From the NCBI GenBank assembly GCA_965116905.1, contig OZ220732.1, positions 3,680,001-3,744,000 of the forward strand: a stretch of DNA of 64,000 nt, in the 5' to 3' direction. Below the pieces are notes generated by a model. The model saw only the letters and a list, made by a program, of their open reading frames with translations, ran no database searches and was not told the origin of the DNA. This document shows, piece by piece, positions 9,601 through 17,967 of the stretch. Origin of the DNA: Longimicrobiales bacterium. GTDB lineage: Bacteria; Gemmatimonadota; Gemmatimonadetes; Longimicrobiales; Gaopeijiaceae. The number at the start of each line of letters is the position of its first letter. Position 1 is the first letter of the stretch. The position numbers and the translations under genes were made by a program.

Positions 9601-9968
9601 CCGACGCTGCGCTGGCTGGTGTTCTCGCCGGTCCCGAGCCAGATCACGTTCGAATCGGTGGGATCGATGGCGATGGAGCCGGTGGAGTAGGACGGATAGT
9701 CGTCGAAGATGGGCGTCCAGGTCGTGCCGCGGTTCTCGGTCTTCCACACGTTCGACGAGGAGGTCGCGACGTACCAGACGCTCCGGTTGGAGGGGTCGAC
9801 CGCCACGTCCGCGATCCGGCCGGACATGAAGGCCGGTCCGATGCCGCGGAGTTCTAGGGCGGAGAGGAGGGCCTCGTCGACGGCGGGGGATTGGGCGTGG
9901 AGCGGGGCTAAGGTGGTGCAGAGGGCGGCCGCGAGGGTGAGGGTGGTGGTGGTGGTGAAGCGACTCAT
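6636..9968 (-). CDS. VPS10/sortilin-like BNR (Asp-box) repeat glycosyl hydrolase-like secreted protein
   Basis: IGPAFMSGRIADV start of the mature region; many SxDGGxTW Asp-boxes; coiled C-terminus. Confidence 0.9.
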   Translation of the reverse strand: MSRFTTTTTLTLAAALCTTLAPLHAQSPAVDEALLSALELRGIGPAFMSGRIADVAVDPSNRSVWYVATSSSNVWKTENRGTTWTPIFDDYPSYSTGSIAIDPTDSNVIWLGTGENTSQRSVGWGDGVYKSLDGGRSWTNTGLGTSEHIGQILIDPRDPDVVYAAAMGGLWAPGGDRGLFKTTDGGATWTPVLEISENTGIADVHLDPRDPDVLYAVAFQRRRHVGVLVAGGPESGVWKSTDGGETWRDITSGLPAGDLGRIALAVSPIDPDVLYANAAATEDRSGFYRSPDRGETWVRMSDYIVVDPQYYGELYPDPHRMDRVYAVDVIIHVTNDGGRTFDQVNTRFKHVDNHEIVFDPDDPDYMLVGSDGGLYETFDGTRTWRYVSGNMPLMQFYRVGIDNMSPFYTVYGGTQDNSSVGGPSRTDNVHGIRNSDWFITHGGDGFQARVDPDDPNIVYTQSQYAGIVRYDRASGEELDIQPQPEAGEGALRWHWDSPLIISPHNSRRIYFAAQKLFRSDDRAETWTAVSGDLSRGLDRNQRPVMGRIWPPEAVWKNVFTSPYGTIVALDESPLAEGLLYVGTDDGLVQVSEDGGGGWRRQEAFPGVPARAYVADVVASRHMADRVYAVFNNHKEGDFTPYVARSDDRGASWTNITGDVPDGQSTWTLMEDHVDPDLLFLGTEFGLFVTRDGGTSWVRLRGGLPTIAVRDLEIQRREDDLVLATFGRGFYILDDYSPLREMDEAVAGAASEPGAAGDAGAAGPSAAARVSVAAHFFPVKDPWAYIPARPLGGQQKGTFGDAFFTAPNPPFGAVFTYYLRDGYESLKEQRQRLEREALARGEDIAYPDQATLTAEDMERPPEVFVVVSDAAGDVVRRVPAPGRAGLHRIAWDLRYASLQPPSPGGGEADGPMVAPGEFSARVVLVTGDGHEDLTAPRSFTVKPLGTATLAAADRDALLAFQREVAELQRAAVAVDRAARETSERLTLLRRAVRAAPGMDAAPYETRITAFEARLFEIRRVLSRDRTALDRAEFAPPSVMQRVSRVVGAQFRATSAPTTTQRDSYAVASAQLAEMSEALRALVEGDLAALEAEMEAAGVPWTPGRPIPRWPG

Positions 9969-10351
9969 GCGTGGCCTCGGTTTCGGTTGCGGCTGGATTC
10001 GGCGCGTTCAGCTAGCAGGATGCTTCCGGTGGCACGCCCCCGCAATCACCGCCGAACCGGCACCCTACCGCGTCTTCGCCTCGCCGATGTTGTTTCGCGC
10101 CAACGAGAGCGCGCGTCCCGGGGGTCAGGGGGCTGACGCTGGACGGTGCGGGCGGTCCGGCGCTCGGCGTCGGCAACCACACGCGCTTAACTGGCACTCC
10201 TCGTGCGCATATCTCTATAAGTTACTGTTTGGTAGTAATTTACAATGTGCGCACAAATGCCGCCGCGACGATCATATTGCCGTCCAACTGACAAAGACAC
10301 TGAAGGGGTCGTCTCGCCCTTACTGGACTGATGCGATCGCGAACCCCGCAA

Positions 10352-11083
10352 TCATCCCAGCTCCCAGAACTCCCCGCTCAACCCCGCGTCCCGCAGCAGC
10401 GCCTGCCTGGCCCGGGCCGAATACGGCCGCCATGCGTCGTCGAGCCGCCCCGCGTACCAGTCGTGGCTCAACTCGCCCAGCACCTCGACCGGGACGATGG
10501 CGCCGGGATCCCCGCCCCGCCCCCGCTCCCACGCTCTCGCATCCGCTTCCGACCGGAAGGCCACGATGTTGCGTCAGGTGAAGCCGATGTCGTCCCAGAA
10601 GTCGCGCACGGGCACGGCCAGGCGGACAACGGCTCCGCGAGGCCCGGCCCGGCCACGCGTCATGGTCAGGTCGAAACGCGTGCCCGACTGGGGACAGCTG
10701 GCGCGCGTCCGGCCATCGGTGTCGAGAAGCAGGGGAATCGCCAGCGCGTCCCAGGCGCAGTTCGCCCAATACGCGGCGGCAGGCGTCTCGACCCGGTACG
10801 GCGTGGGCACAGCCGAGAACGGGTGGGCCATCCAGACTTCGCCGCGTCGATCCAGCGCCAGCACGCGGGCGTCGGCGAGGAAGCGAAGGGCCCCCTCGAT
10901 CCCGGTTTCGGCCGCGCCAGTTTCGACTGCGCCAGTTCCGGCCGCGCCGGTTTCGGCCGCGCCGAGGTCGGCGGCAAGCTCGGCGGCGAGTTCGGCGCGC
11001 GATGGCACCGTCCCGGTGTCCCGGATCCGGCGGTAGAGGTGGCCGCGCAGGCGCCAGGCGAAGGCTTCGGCGGGCGCGGTCAT
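10352..11083 (-). CDS. MerB-like (alkylmercury lyase family) probable selenoprotein, Sec at UGA 10574-10576 (residue 170 of 243)
   Basis: HPFSAVPTPYRV, WANCAWDAL and SCPQSG motifs, then WDDIGFT-UGA-RNIVAF continuing in frame to EFWELG-stop; SECIS-like hairpin follows the UGA. Confidence 0.85.
10538..10573 (-). promoter_or_regulatory. Putative bacterial SECIS element of the MerB-like gene
   Basis: UGA-CGCAACAUCGUGGC-CUUCC-GGUC-GGAAG-CGGAUGCG: 5-bp upper stem, G-starting loop 19 nt after the UGA, lower stem CAUC/GAUG. Confidence 0.7.
10902..10961. repeat. In-frame 15-nt tandem repeat x4 (GAAET-like) inside the MerB-like HTH region
   Basis: ccggtttcggccgcg / ccagtttcgactgcg / ccagttccggccgcg / ccggtttcggccgcg. 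Confidence 0.85.
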
Positions 11084-11517
11084 GGGTTCGGCGACGCCGT
11101 CCGGCGTCTCCAGTCCAGCCATGCATCCAGGCTCAGGCGGTCCTCTTCGAACAGGGCCAGCACCACGATCAGCAGCAGGACGCGCGGGATGACGTGGGTG
11201 TGGAACGCGTACAGCGGCTCGGCCAGGAGATGCCCGAAGGTGACGAGCATGAGGACGCATCCCAGCCCGACCGCCGCCGCGAAGCGCTTCCAGCCGGTCA
11301 GCATGAGGGCGCCGCCGATCAGTTCGACGTAGGGGACCACGACGCCGGTAAACCAGAGCGACCACTCGGGCAGCGGGCCCGAGGCGTAGGGCTCCACGAA
11401 GAGGCTCCTGGCATGCTCGACCGCGCCGAGCTGGAACACCTTCCAGAAACCGGCGGCGAAGAAGATGAGGCCCAGGATCACCCGTGCCACGAACACGGCC
11501 CAACACTTCGGTGTCAT
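11080..11517 (-). CDS. DoxX-family membrane protein
   Basis: RVILGLIFFAAGFWK and PYVELIGGALMLTG motifs, 4 TM helices, SLD C-terminal motif; GGAGAGGA RBS; ATGA coupling to the MerB-like gene. Confidence 0.85.
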   Translation of the reverse strand: MTPKCWAVFVARVILGLIFFAAGFWKVFQLGAVEHARSLFVEPYASGPLPEWSLWFTGVVVPYVELIGGALMLTGWKRFAAAVGLGCVLMLVTFGHLLAEPLYAFHTHVIPRVLLLIVVLALFEEDRLSLDAWLDWRRRTASPNP

Positions 11518-11622
11518 CGTCTGTCCTCTCCCAACCGGGCCCGCCGAAACCTCGTCGGTGGCCGCTCCGTAGTAACCGATTCACGCAGGTGGACAACCTT
11601 CACTCTCGATACACGGCGAGCA

Positions 11623-11688
11623 ATGAGACCGACGACCCACAAGGCCAGGGACCGCGTCGCATCCGCGACCAGGGGGAGAGCGCCATAG
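11623..11688 (+). CDS. Putative 21-aa leader peptide MRPTTHKARDRVASATRGRAP
   Basis: Short ORF directly upstream of a terminator hairpin that precedes the ABC transporter gene. Confidence 0.45.
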   Translation: MRPTTHKARDRVASATRGRAP

Positions 11689-11718
11689 AACGGTAGCCAG
11701 GACGTTCATCGGGACCGC

Positions 11719-11765
11719 ATCGGCCCTCAGGCGCTCGCATCGCCAGGGGGCCGATTTCTTTTTTT
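11719..11765 (+). terminator. Intrinsic terminator (attenuator) in the 5' leader of the ABC transporter gene
   Basis: ATCGGCCCTC-A-GGCG-ctcgcat-CGCC-A-GGGGGCCGAT followed by TTCTTTTTTT, ending 18 nt before ATG 11784. Confidence 0.8.
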
Positions 11766-11783
11766 GGGGAGCCAGCAGAACAC

Positions 11784-14117
11784 ATGTCACACCTGACACA
11801 AGACCTGAGAATCATCGAGCGCTACACGGATCAGCCGGCGCGCATGCCCGCCGAGCTGCGGCGGCGCATCGAGGACCGCTGGGACGGGGAACCCGTGCAG
11901 CTCTACGCGATGGCCGACCTGGACGAGGCCATGACGCTCACCGAGCGGTGGTTCGCCGTGGGACCCTCGCGTGGGGCAACCGCGACCCGGCGCAGCGACG
12001 GCTCATGGAGGATCGACTCCTTCGAGCGCCGCGATGTGGAGGGCGTCCGGGAGATACCCGGCCTGAGCAGCACGGTCCTCCTGGTCCTGGGCCCCGCGGG
12101 TGAGCGGCCCCTGGCGAGCCTGCGCTACACGCATCGCCAGCGGCGCGCGATGGAGAATCTGCGCTTCGTGCTGGAACACGGGATCGCGCCGGCGGCCGCC
12201 GTGCTCAGCGCGGATGGCGAGGACGGCGCGGAGCTCGATGGCGAGGACGCCAGGTCACTCGCCGACGCGGACCTCGAGTACGAACGAGGCGTGGCCGGCC
12301 CCGTGCGGGAGGCGCAGGCCCTGGTGGGCGGTACGCGCAGGGCGGTTCTGTGGAGGCTGCTCAGCTACCTGGGGCCATACAAGACCCGGATGCTGGCCGG
12401 TTTCGCCGCGGCCGCCCTCATCACCGGGGTGAGCCTCGTGCCGCCCTTCCTGGCGGGCTACCTGATCGACGAGGTCGTCCGGCCCGCCCGTGACGGGTCG
12501 CTCGCGATGGCCGACGCTCTGCGGACGGCGTGGATCGCGGTCGCCGCCATGGCCCTGCTGTACCTGGTGCGGGAGGGGGCGGCCCACGTCCGCCTGAAGC
12601 AGATGAGCGTGCTCGGAGAATTCGTGGCGCGGGACCTGCGCACCGAACTGTACGAGCACCTGCAGCGTCTGAGTCTGAGCTTCTATGCCCGGAAGAAGAC
12701 GGGCGGCCTCATCACCCGGGTGAGCTCGGACACGGACCGGCTGTGGGAGTTTCTGGCGTTCGGGATCGTGGACGTATCGCTGTCGGCGGTGATGCTCGCG
12801 GGGCTGAGCGCTGTGCTGCTCAACCTGGACTGGCGGCTGGGGCTCGTCATGATCCTTCCGGTGCCTCTGCTGTGCTGGTCGATCTTCCGGCACGGCGAGC
12901 GCATCCACCGCCTGTTCGCGCGGGCGTGGCGGAAGTGGTCGGGCCTTACGGACATCCTGTCGGACACGATCCCCGGGATGCGCGTCGTGAAGGCGTTCAA
13001 CCAGGAGGACCGCGAGAAGCAGCGCTTCAACGCCAGCAACGACGCCGCGATGGGCGAGTTCAACCGCATCCACCGCGTCTGGACCTTCTTCTGGCCGGCG
13101 CTGATGCTGGGTGTGCACGTCATGACCATGGCCGTGTGGGCGCTGGCGGTTCCGCGGCTCCTCGGTACACCGGGAAGCTCCGGCAACCTCACCCCGGGCA
13201 CGTTCGTCTCGTTCCTCCTGTACATGACGATGTACGTGCAGCCCATCGAGGTCATCGGCCAGATGGCCAGGGTGATGAACCGGGCGACGAGTTCCGCCCA
13301 CCGCGTCTTCGAGGTGCTGGACACCGAACCGGAGGTGCGGGACAGGGCGCGCCCCGTGCGGCTGGAACCGGTCCGCGGGGCCGTGGAGTTCGACTCGGTG
13401 ACCTTCGGCTACGACGGCGTCAAGCAGGTGGTGAAGGGCGTGTCCTTCTCGGTCCAACCCGGCGAGATGATCGGACTCGTAGGGCCGTCGGGCGGCGGAA
13501 AGACGACCGTCACCAACCTCATCGCGCGCTTCTACGACGCCACGGGCGGGCGCGTGCTGATCGACGACACCGACGTTCGCACACTCGACACGGGCCACTA
13601 TCGGCGCCAGATCGGGATCGTGCTGCAGGACCCGTACCTGTTCCACGGCTCCATCCTCGAAAACATCCGCTACGGCGACCCGGAGGCGTCGCTCGACGCG
13701 GTGGTGGAGGCGTCGCGGGCGGCCAATGCGCACGACTTCATCTGCCGGCTGCCGCTGGGCTACGACACGGTTGTCGGGGAACGCGGGCAGACGCTGTCCG
13801 GGGGTGAGCGCCAGCGCGTGTCGATCGCCCGCGCGATCCTCCACGACCCGCGGATCCTGATTCTGGACGAGGCGACGTCGGCCGTCGACACCGAGACCGA
13901 GCGCAAGATCCAGGAGGCCATCGACCGGCTGGTTTCCGGCAGGACCGTGTTTGCCATCGCGCACCGGCTGTCCACGCTGGCGCGCGCGAACCGGATCTTT
14001 GTCATGAAGAACGGCTACCTCGTCGAGGCGGGTACCCAGGGAGAGCTGTTGGCGATCGAGAACGGCGTCTACCGGAGGCTTTACGAGTTGCAGATCGAAA
14101 TACGAAAGGACGATTGA
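11784..14117 (+). CDS. ABC exporter (fused TMD-NBD) with ~190-aa N-terminal extension
   Basis: Walker A GPSGGGKT, signature LSGGERQR, Walker B ILILDEATS, IAHRLST; TM domain. Confidence 0.95.
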   Translation: MSHLTQDLRIIERYTDQPARMPAELRRRIEDRWDGEPVQLYAMADLDEAMTLTERWFAVGPSRGATATRRSDGSWRIDSFERRDVEGVREIPGLSSTVLLVLGPAGERPLASLRYTHRQRRAMENLRFVLEHGIAPAAAVLSADGEDGAELDGEDARSLADADLEYERGVAGPVREAQALVGGTRRAVLWRLLSYLGPYKTRMLAGFAAAALITGVSLVPPFLAGYLIDEVVRPARDGSLAMADALRTAWIAVAAMALLYLVREGAAHVRLKQMSVLGEFVARDLRTELYEHLQRLSLSFYARKKTGGLITRVSSDTDRLWEFLAFGIVDVSLSAVMLAGLSAVLLNLDWRLGLVMILPVPLLCWSIFRHGERIHRLFARAWRKWSGLTDILSDTIPGMRVVKAFNQEDREKQRFNASNDAAMGEFNRIHRVWTFFWPALMLGVHVMTMAVWALAVPRLLGTPGSSGNLTPGTFVSFLLYMTMYVQPIEVIGQMARVMNRATSSAHRVFEVLDTEPEVRDRARPVRLEPVRGAVEFDSVTFGYDGVKQVVKGVSFSVQPGEMIGLVGPSGGGKTTVTNLIARFYDATGGRVLIDDTDVRTLDTGHYRRQIGIVLQDPYLFHGSILENIRYGDPEASLDAVVEASRAANAHDFICRLPLGYDTVVGERGQTLSGGERQRVSIARAILHDPRILILDEATSAVDTETERKIQEAIDRLVSGRTVFAIAHRLSTLARANRIFVMKNGYLVEAGTQGELLAIENGVYRRLYELQIEIRKDD

Positions 14118-14118
14118 A

Positions 14119-14616
14119 GTGAACGACGCGAGAATGCAGAAGGGGACTTCAGACCGAGGCGCGGTCGTGCTCCGTTGGGGACCCGACGGCCAGCTGTGGG
14201 CCGAAACCGGGGGACGCCGCGCCCCCGTAGTGGTTCACCGGTGCTTTCCGTGGTCCGATCCGGCCCGGCACATCTCCCTGCGGGATCATGACGAGGAGGA
14301 GTTCGCCTACGTCCCCGACGTGTCGGAGCTGGAGGAGGAGTCGCGCGCGGCGCTGAAACGTGCGCTTGTCGCGGCCGGGTTCCTCCTGGAGATTACCGCG
14401 GTCGAAGACGTTACCGAGGAGGTTGAGATCCGGAACTGGGCAGTCCGAACACGCCAGGGATCGCGCCGGTTCCAGACACGGCTGGACGACTGGCCGGTCC
14501 GGATCGCCGGCGGGGGCCTGCTGATCCGCGACCTGGCCGGAGACCTCTATCACGTCCCCGATCCGGAGGCGCTGGATCCGGCCAGCCGCAAATGGCTCTG
14601 GGCGTACGCGGGGTAA
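14119..14616 (+). CDS. DUF1854-family protein
   Basis: VHRCFPWSDPARHISL, WAVRTRQGSRRF and LLIRDLAGDLYHVPDPEALDPASRKWL patterns; adjacent to its usual ABC partner. Confidence 0.75.
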   Translation: MNDARMQKGTSDRGAVVLRWGPDGQLWAETGGRRAPVVVHRCFPWSDPARHISLRDHDEEEFAYVPDVSELEEESRAALKRALVAAGFLLEITAVEDVTEEVEIRNWAVRTRQGSRRFQTRLDDWPVRIAGGGLLIRDLAGDLYHVPDPEALDPASRKWLWAYAG

Positions 14617-15065
14617 TGATGCAGCGCGACTACATCCTGCGGATGATCGAGGAGCTGGGCGCGGTGCTCGTCGCGCTGCGCAACGCGATCCTGGGCCGAA
14701 CGGCGCGGGCCACCGACGTGGAGGACACGCTGCGCCGCGCGTCGGCAGGCGCGGGCATGGACCTGGATCTCGCCCGAGCGGCGTCCATCGACGCGCTGCC
14801 CGCGATGATGGCGCCGACGGGCGAGGTCGATCCCGCGCGCTGCTGGCTGCTGGCCGAGGTACTGATGACGGACGGGGTCAGCCGGCTGTCCTCGGGAGAG
14901 CCGGAGCTGGCCCGCTCCTCCCTGGCCAAGGCCGCCGCGCTCTTCACGCTGGTCGCGCCCGAAGGCGCCTTTCTGGCGGGATTCCCGGAGGCCGGCGAGC
15001 GCATCGAGGAGATCGAAGCGATGTTGGCCGGGATCACCCCCTCCGGAAACGGACGGTCATCCTGA
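14616..15065 (+). CDS. Hypothetical helical protein (DUF6483-like)
   Basis: MMQRDYILRMIEELG N-terminus; TAATG coupling to the upstream gene. Confidence 0.6.
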   Translation: MMQRDYILRMIEELGAVLVALRNAILGRTARATDVEDTLRRASAGAGMDLDLARAASIDALPAMMAPTGEVDPARCWLLAEVLMTDGVSRLSSGEPELARSSLAKAAALFTLVAPEGAFLAGFPEAGERIEEIEAMLAGITPSGNGRSS

Positions 15066-15121
15066 CGGCCGATCTGGTCACCTGACAGACCGAGCCCGGC
15101 CACCTCGACGGTCCGAGCCCT

Positions 15122-16171
15122 TCACCCCGCCGGACCGAGCCCCGGCATCACTTCGCGAATCACCCGGGCCGCGCGCTCGGCGTCGCTCATCGAGACGTCC
15201 CGGTGCATCACCGCCCGCACATCGTGGCGTCCCGAGACCAGCATCGCGACGCCGCGCTCGATGCACGCGTCCACGAAGGCGCCCGCGGGACAGTGCACGG
15301 AAAAGCGGAGGATGTTGGTCTCCACGTGCTCCCGAACCAGGTCCACGCCCGGCACAGCGGCCAGCACATCGGCAAGCAGGGCCGCCTTGGCGTGGTCCTC
15401 CGTGAGGCAGCCGCGGTTGTTCTCCAGCGCGTACAAGGCCCCCGCCGCAATGATGCCCGCCTGCCTGAACCCGCCGCCGAAGAGTTGCTTGAACCGCCTC
15501 GCCCGCTGAACGAACTCCCCGGAGCCGGCCAAAGCCGACCCCACCGGCGCACCCAGTGCCTTTGAAAAGCACACCGAGACGCTGTCGAAGTCGCGCGCAT
15601 AGCGGGCCGGCGTGATGCCGGTCGCGGCGGAAGCGTTCCAGATCCTGGCTCCGTCGAGGTGGCAGCGGAGTCCGGCGGCGCGGGCGACATCGACGACCGC
15701 ATCCATCTGCTCCAGCGGCCAGATGCTGCCTCCCCCGCCGTTGTGCGTGTTCTCGACGCAGAGCAGGGTTGGCGGTGGGGCGAGCGTCGAGGGCGATCCC
15801 GGGTGGGACGTTCCCAGCGCGTCGCGCACCTGATCGGCCGTGAAGATCCCCCGGTCGCCGGCAATGCGCTGAGCGGTAACCCCCGAGAGCGCCGCCGGCG
15901 CGCCCCCCTCCGAGCGCACGACATGGGACGCGGCGTCCATCAGGACCAGGTCGCCCGGCTCGGTGTGGGCGCGGATGGCCACCTGGTTCGTCATCGACCC
16001 GGTGGGCATGTAGACGGCCGCCGCCTTGCCGAGCACCTCGGCCGTGCGGGCCTCCAGGCGCCTGACGGTCGGGTCGTCCCCGTAGACGTCGTCGCCGACG
16101 GCGGCGTGGGCCATCGCCTCGCGCATGGCCGGCGAAGGGCGGGTGACGGTGTCGCTGCGGAGATCGATCAT
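15122..16171 (-). CDS. ltaE: Low-specificity L-threonine aldolase
   Basis: MIDLRSDTVT, GDDVYGDDP, HLDGARIWNA and CFSKALGAPVGS motifs. Confidence 0.9.
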   Translation of the reverse strand: MIDLRSDTVTRPSPAMREAMAHAAVGDDVYGDDPTVRRLEARTAEVLGKAAAVYMPTGSMTNQVAIRAHTEPGDLVLMDAASHVVRSEGGAPAALSGVTAQRIAGDRGIFTADQVRDALGTSHPGSPSTLAPPPTLLCVENTHNGGGGSIWPLEQMDAVVDVARAAGLRCHLDGARIWNASAATGITPARYARDFDSVSVCFSKALGAPVGSALAGSGEFVQRARRFKQLFGGGFRQAGIIAAGALYALENNRGCLTEDHAKAALLADVLAAVPGVDLVREHVETNILRFSVHCPAGAFVDACIERGVAMLVSGRHDVRAVMHRDVSMSDAERAARVIREVMPGLGPAG

Positions 16172-16180
16172 GCGAGAAGA

Positions 16181-17104
16181 CTACTCAAAGTCGACATCCA
16201 TGACATCCTGGAGCGGACGGTATCCGACCTCACGGTAGATCTTGTTGGACGTGGGGTTCGCGAGATCGGTGTAGAGGACGCAGTGGCTGAATCCCAGGTC
16301 GAGCGCGTGGCCGCTCAGTTGGGCCACCAGCGCGGTGGCGTAGCCCCGGCGGCGATGCTCGTCGGGGGTGTAGACATAGCCGATCCGAACCCCGTGGCGA
16401 GTGCGCGCCGGGAAGCCGGCCATCGAGACGGGCTCCTCATTCACCCATAGTGCCAGCAGGCGGTTGCCGCGCTCGCCGCCACACAACCGGCGGGCGTGCT
16501 CAACGGGGTCTCCCGGATCACTCAGACCGCTCTCCCGCACGAACGATTCCAGCCACCGGGCGACAAGCGGGATGTCCGCGGGTCCGGCAGGCCGCATTGT
16601 TCCCGGGGCCATGCGCGCAGGGGGTACCACGCGCTCGAGGATGTGAATGCGCTGCCGGGCTCCGGGCGTGGCCCGCACCCCCTTGAGCCGGGTCCAGGTG
16701 TCGCCGAAGGCGGAAACCGCAGCGACGGGGCCGAGAGCCGCGGGAATCTCTTCGTAGACATCGGCCACGTCCCGGGCCAGCAGCGGAACTGCGTCCAGCG
16801 GCATGCGCGTCAACCCCACTTTGTAGGGCGGCGTGCGGAAAGCGCACCCGACGACGTCGCCTCCCGACTCGATCGTCGCGAAGTAGAGAGGGGGTGGGGA
16901 TGCCGGCGCGGGACCCGAGGACGACCCCGTGGAGTGTGGGGATGCCGGCGCCGGGTCCAACGACGACGCCGGGCGGGTCCCCGCCAGCGACGCCGCCACC
17001 CCGAGGGGCAGGTTGTTCTCGGCTTCGCGCTGCAGCAGCCAGGGCTCCGCTCGGTCGAGGAAGGCCCGGGGGTCTGCGTGGCGCACCACCCGCAGACCAC
17101 GCAC
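16181..17104 (-). CDS. GNAT N-acetyltransferase (start uncertain: GTG 17104 or TTG 17191)
   Basis: IGYVYTPDEHRRRGYA and LYTDLANPTSNKIY motifs. Confidence 0.85.
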   Translation of the reverse strand: MRGLRVVRHADPRAFLDRAEPWLLQREAENNLPLGVAASLAGTRPASSLDPAPASPHSTGSSSGPAPASPPPLYFATIESGGDVVGCAFRTPPYKVGLTRMPLDAVPLLARDVADVYEEIPAALGPVAAVSAFGDTWTRLKGVRATPGARQRIHILERVVPPARMAPGTMRPAGPADIPLVARWLESFVRESGLSDPGDPVEHARRLCGGERGNRLLALWVNEEPVSMAGFPARTRHGVRIGYVYTPDEHRRRGYATALVAQLSGHALDLGFSHCVLYTDLANPTSNKIYREVGYRPLQDVMDVDFE

Positions 17105-17162
17105 CCTCCGCGGGCCGCACACGCTCTGCGGATCGCTGCCGGCCGGCCGGCGGCGTGGTGGC

Positions 17163-17867
17163 CTACCCGTCCGACCCTTCGCCCTTGACAAGCTTCCGGA
17201 TGAAGTCGCCGACGCCGGAGAGGCGGGCCATCAGAGTGATGTGAATGTCGTGCACGCGGCTCTCGCCGCCGTTTCTGCCGTAATAGTCACCCACCTCGAA
17301 AACGGCCGCGCCTCCGCGCATGGGCGCCTCGATCCCGAAACCGCCGTGGAGAGTGCGTGCCCGCTGAGCGCCGACGAGGGAATAGGGCAGGATGGGTGTC
17401 TGTTCCGGAGAGCCGATGATCTTGGACCCGAAGCCCGAGAACATGTAGCCCCGGACGCCTTCGTAGGCCGGGGTGTGGGCCATGAGGTCCACAACCACGG
17501 TCTCGAAGTACTGCGAGTCCTGCGGGTCGTCGAACATGGACAGGCCGCCGGGCACGATGCGGGCCGGGTCCTGTTGCGGGGCCCAGCGCGTCGACCGCTC
17601 GAACAGCGCCCTGGCACCGTACCAGGAGCCCCTGCGCTTCGCTGCCAGCTCCATGCCGTAGGTGGGCCGCCGCGCGGTGCTCTGGCCCCCGCCGTGCTGC
17701 GGCAGGAAAAACCCGAGCCTGGGCGCAAACGAGATCGCCCAGCCGTCCGGTTGGGAGGCGCGGCTCATCGCTTCCGGGCGCGCCTGGGCCGACCCGGCGT
17801 CGGGCAGGGCGATCATGGCGAGGCCGGCGACGGTAGTGGCGATGGAGAGGCGGAAAAGCGACTTCAT
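17163..17867 (-). CDS. Secreted protein, probable small outer-membrane beta-barrel
   Basis: GAGGAG RBS, signal peptide MKSLFRLSIATTVAGLAMIAL, alternating beta-strand pattern. Confidence 0.55.
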   Translation of the reverse strand: MKSLFRLSIATTVAGLAMIALPDAGSAQARPEAMSRASQPDGWAISFAPRLGFFLPQHGGGQSTARRPTYGMELAAKRRGSWYGARALFERSTRWAPQQDPARIVPGGLSMFDDPQDSQYFETVVVDLMAHTPAYEGVRGYMFSGFGSKIIGSPEQTPILPYSLVGAQRARTLHGGFGIEAPMRGGAAVFEVGDYYGRNGGESRVHDIHITLMARLSGVGDFIRKLVKGEGSDG

Positions 17868-17967
17868 CGGCGACTCCTCAGGCTTGGACGTTCGGACGCA
17901 CCAGCGCAACCGGGTTCGTGACCACTGCAACATACTGCGGCCGCCGCGATGCGGGCCAGTTCGCCGT

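Noticed and set aside
10352..11083. merB pseudogene or two separate small genes
   Set aside because: The single stop is UGA at the inferred catalytic Cys position, the frame is otherwise intact, and a SECIS-like hairpin follows; Sec recoding is the simpler explanation.
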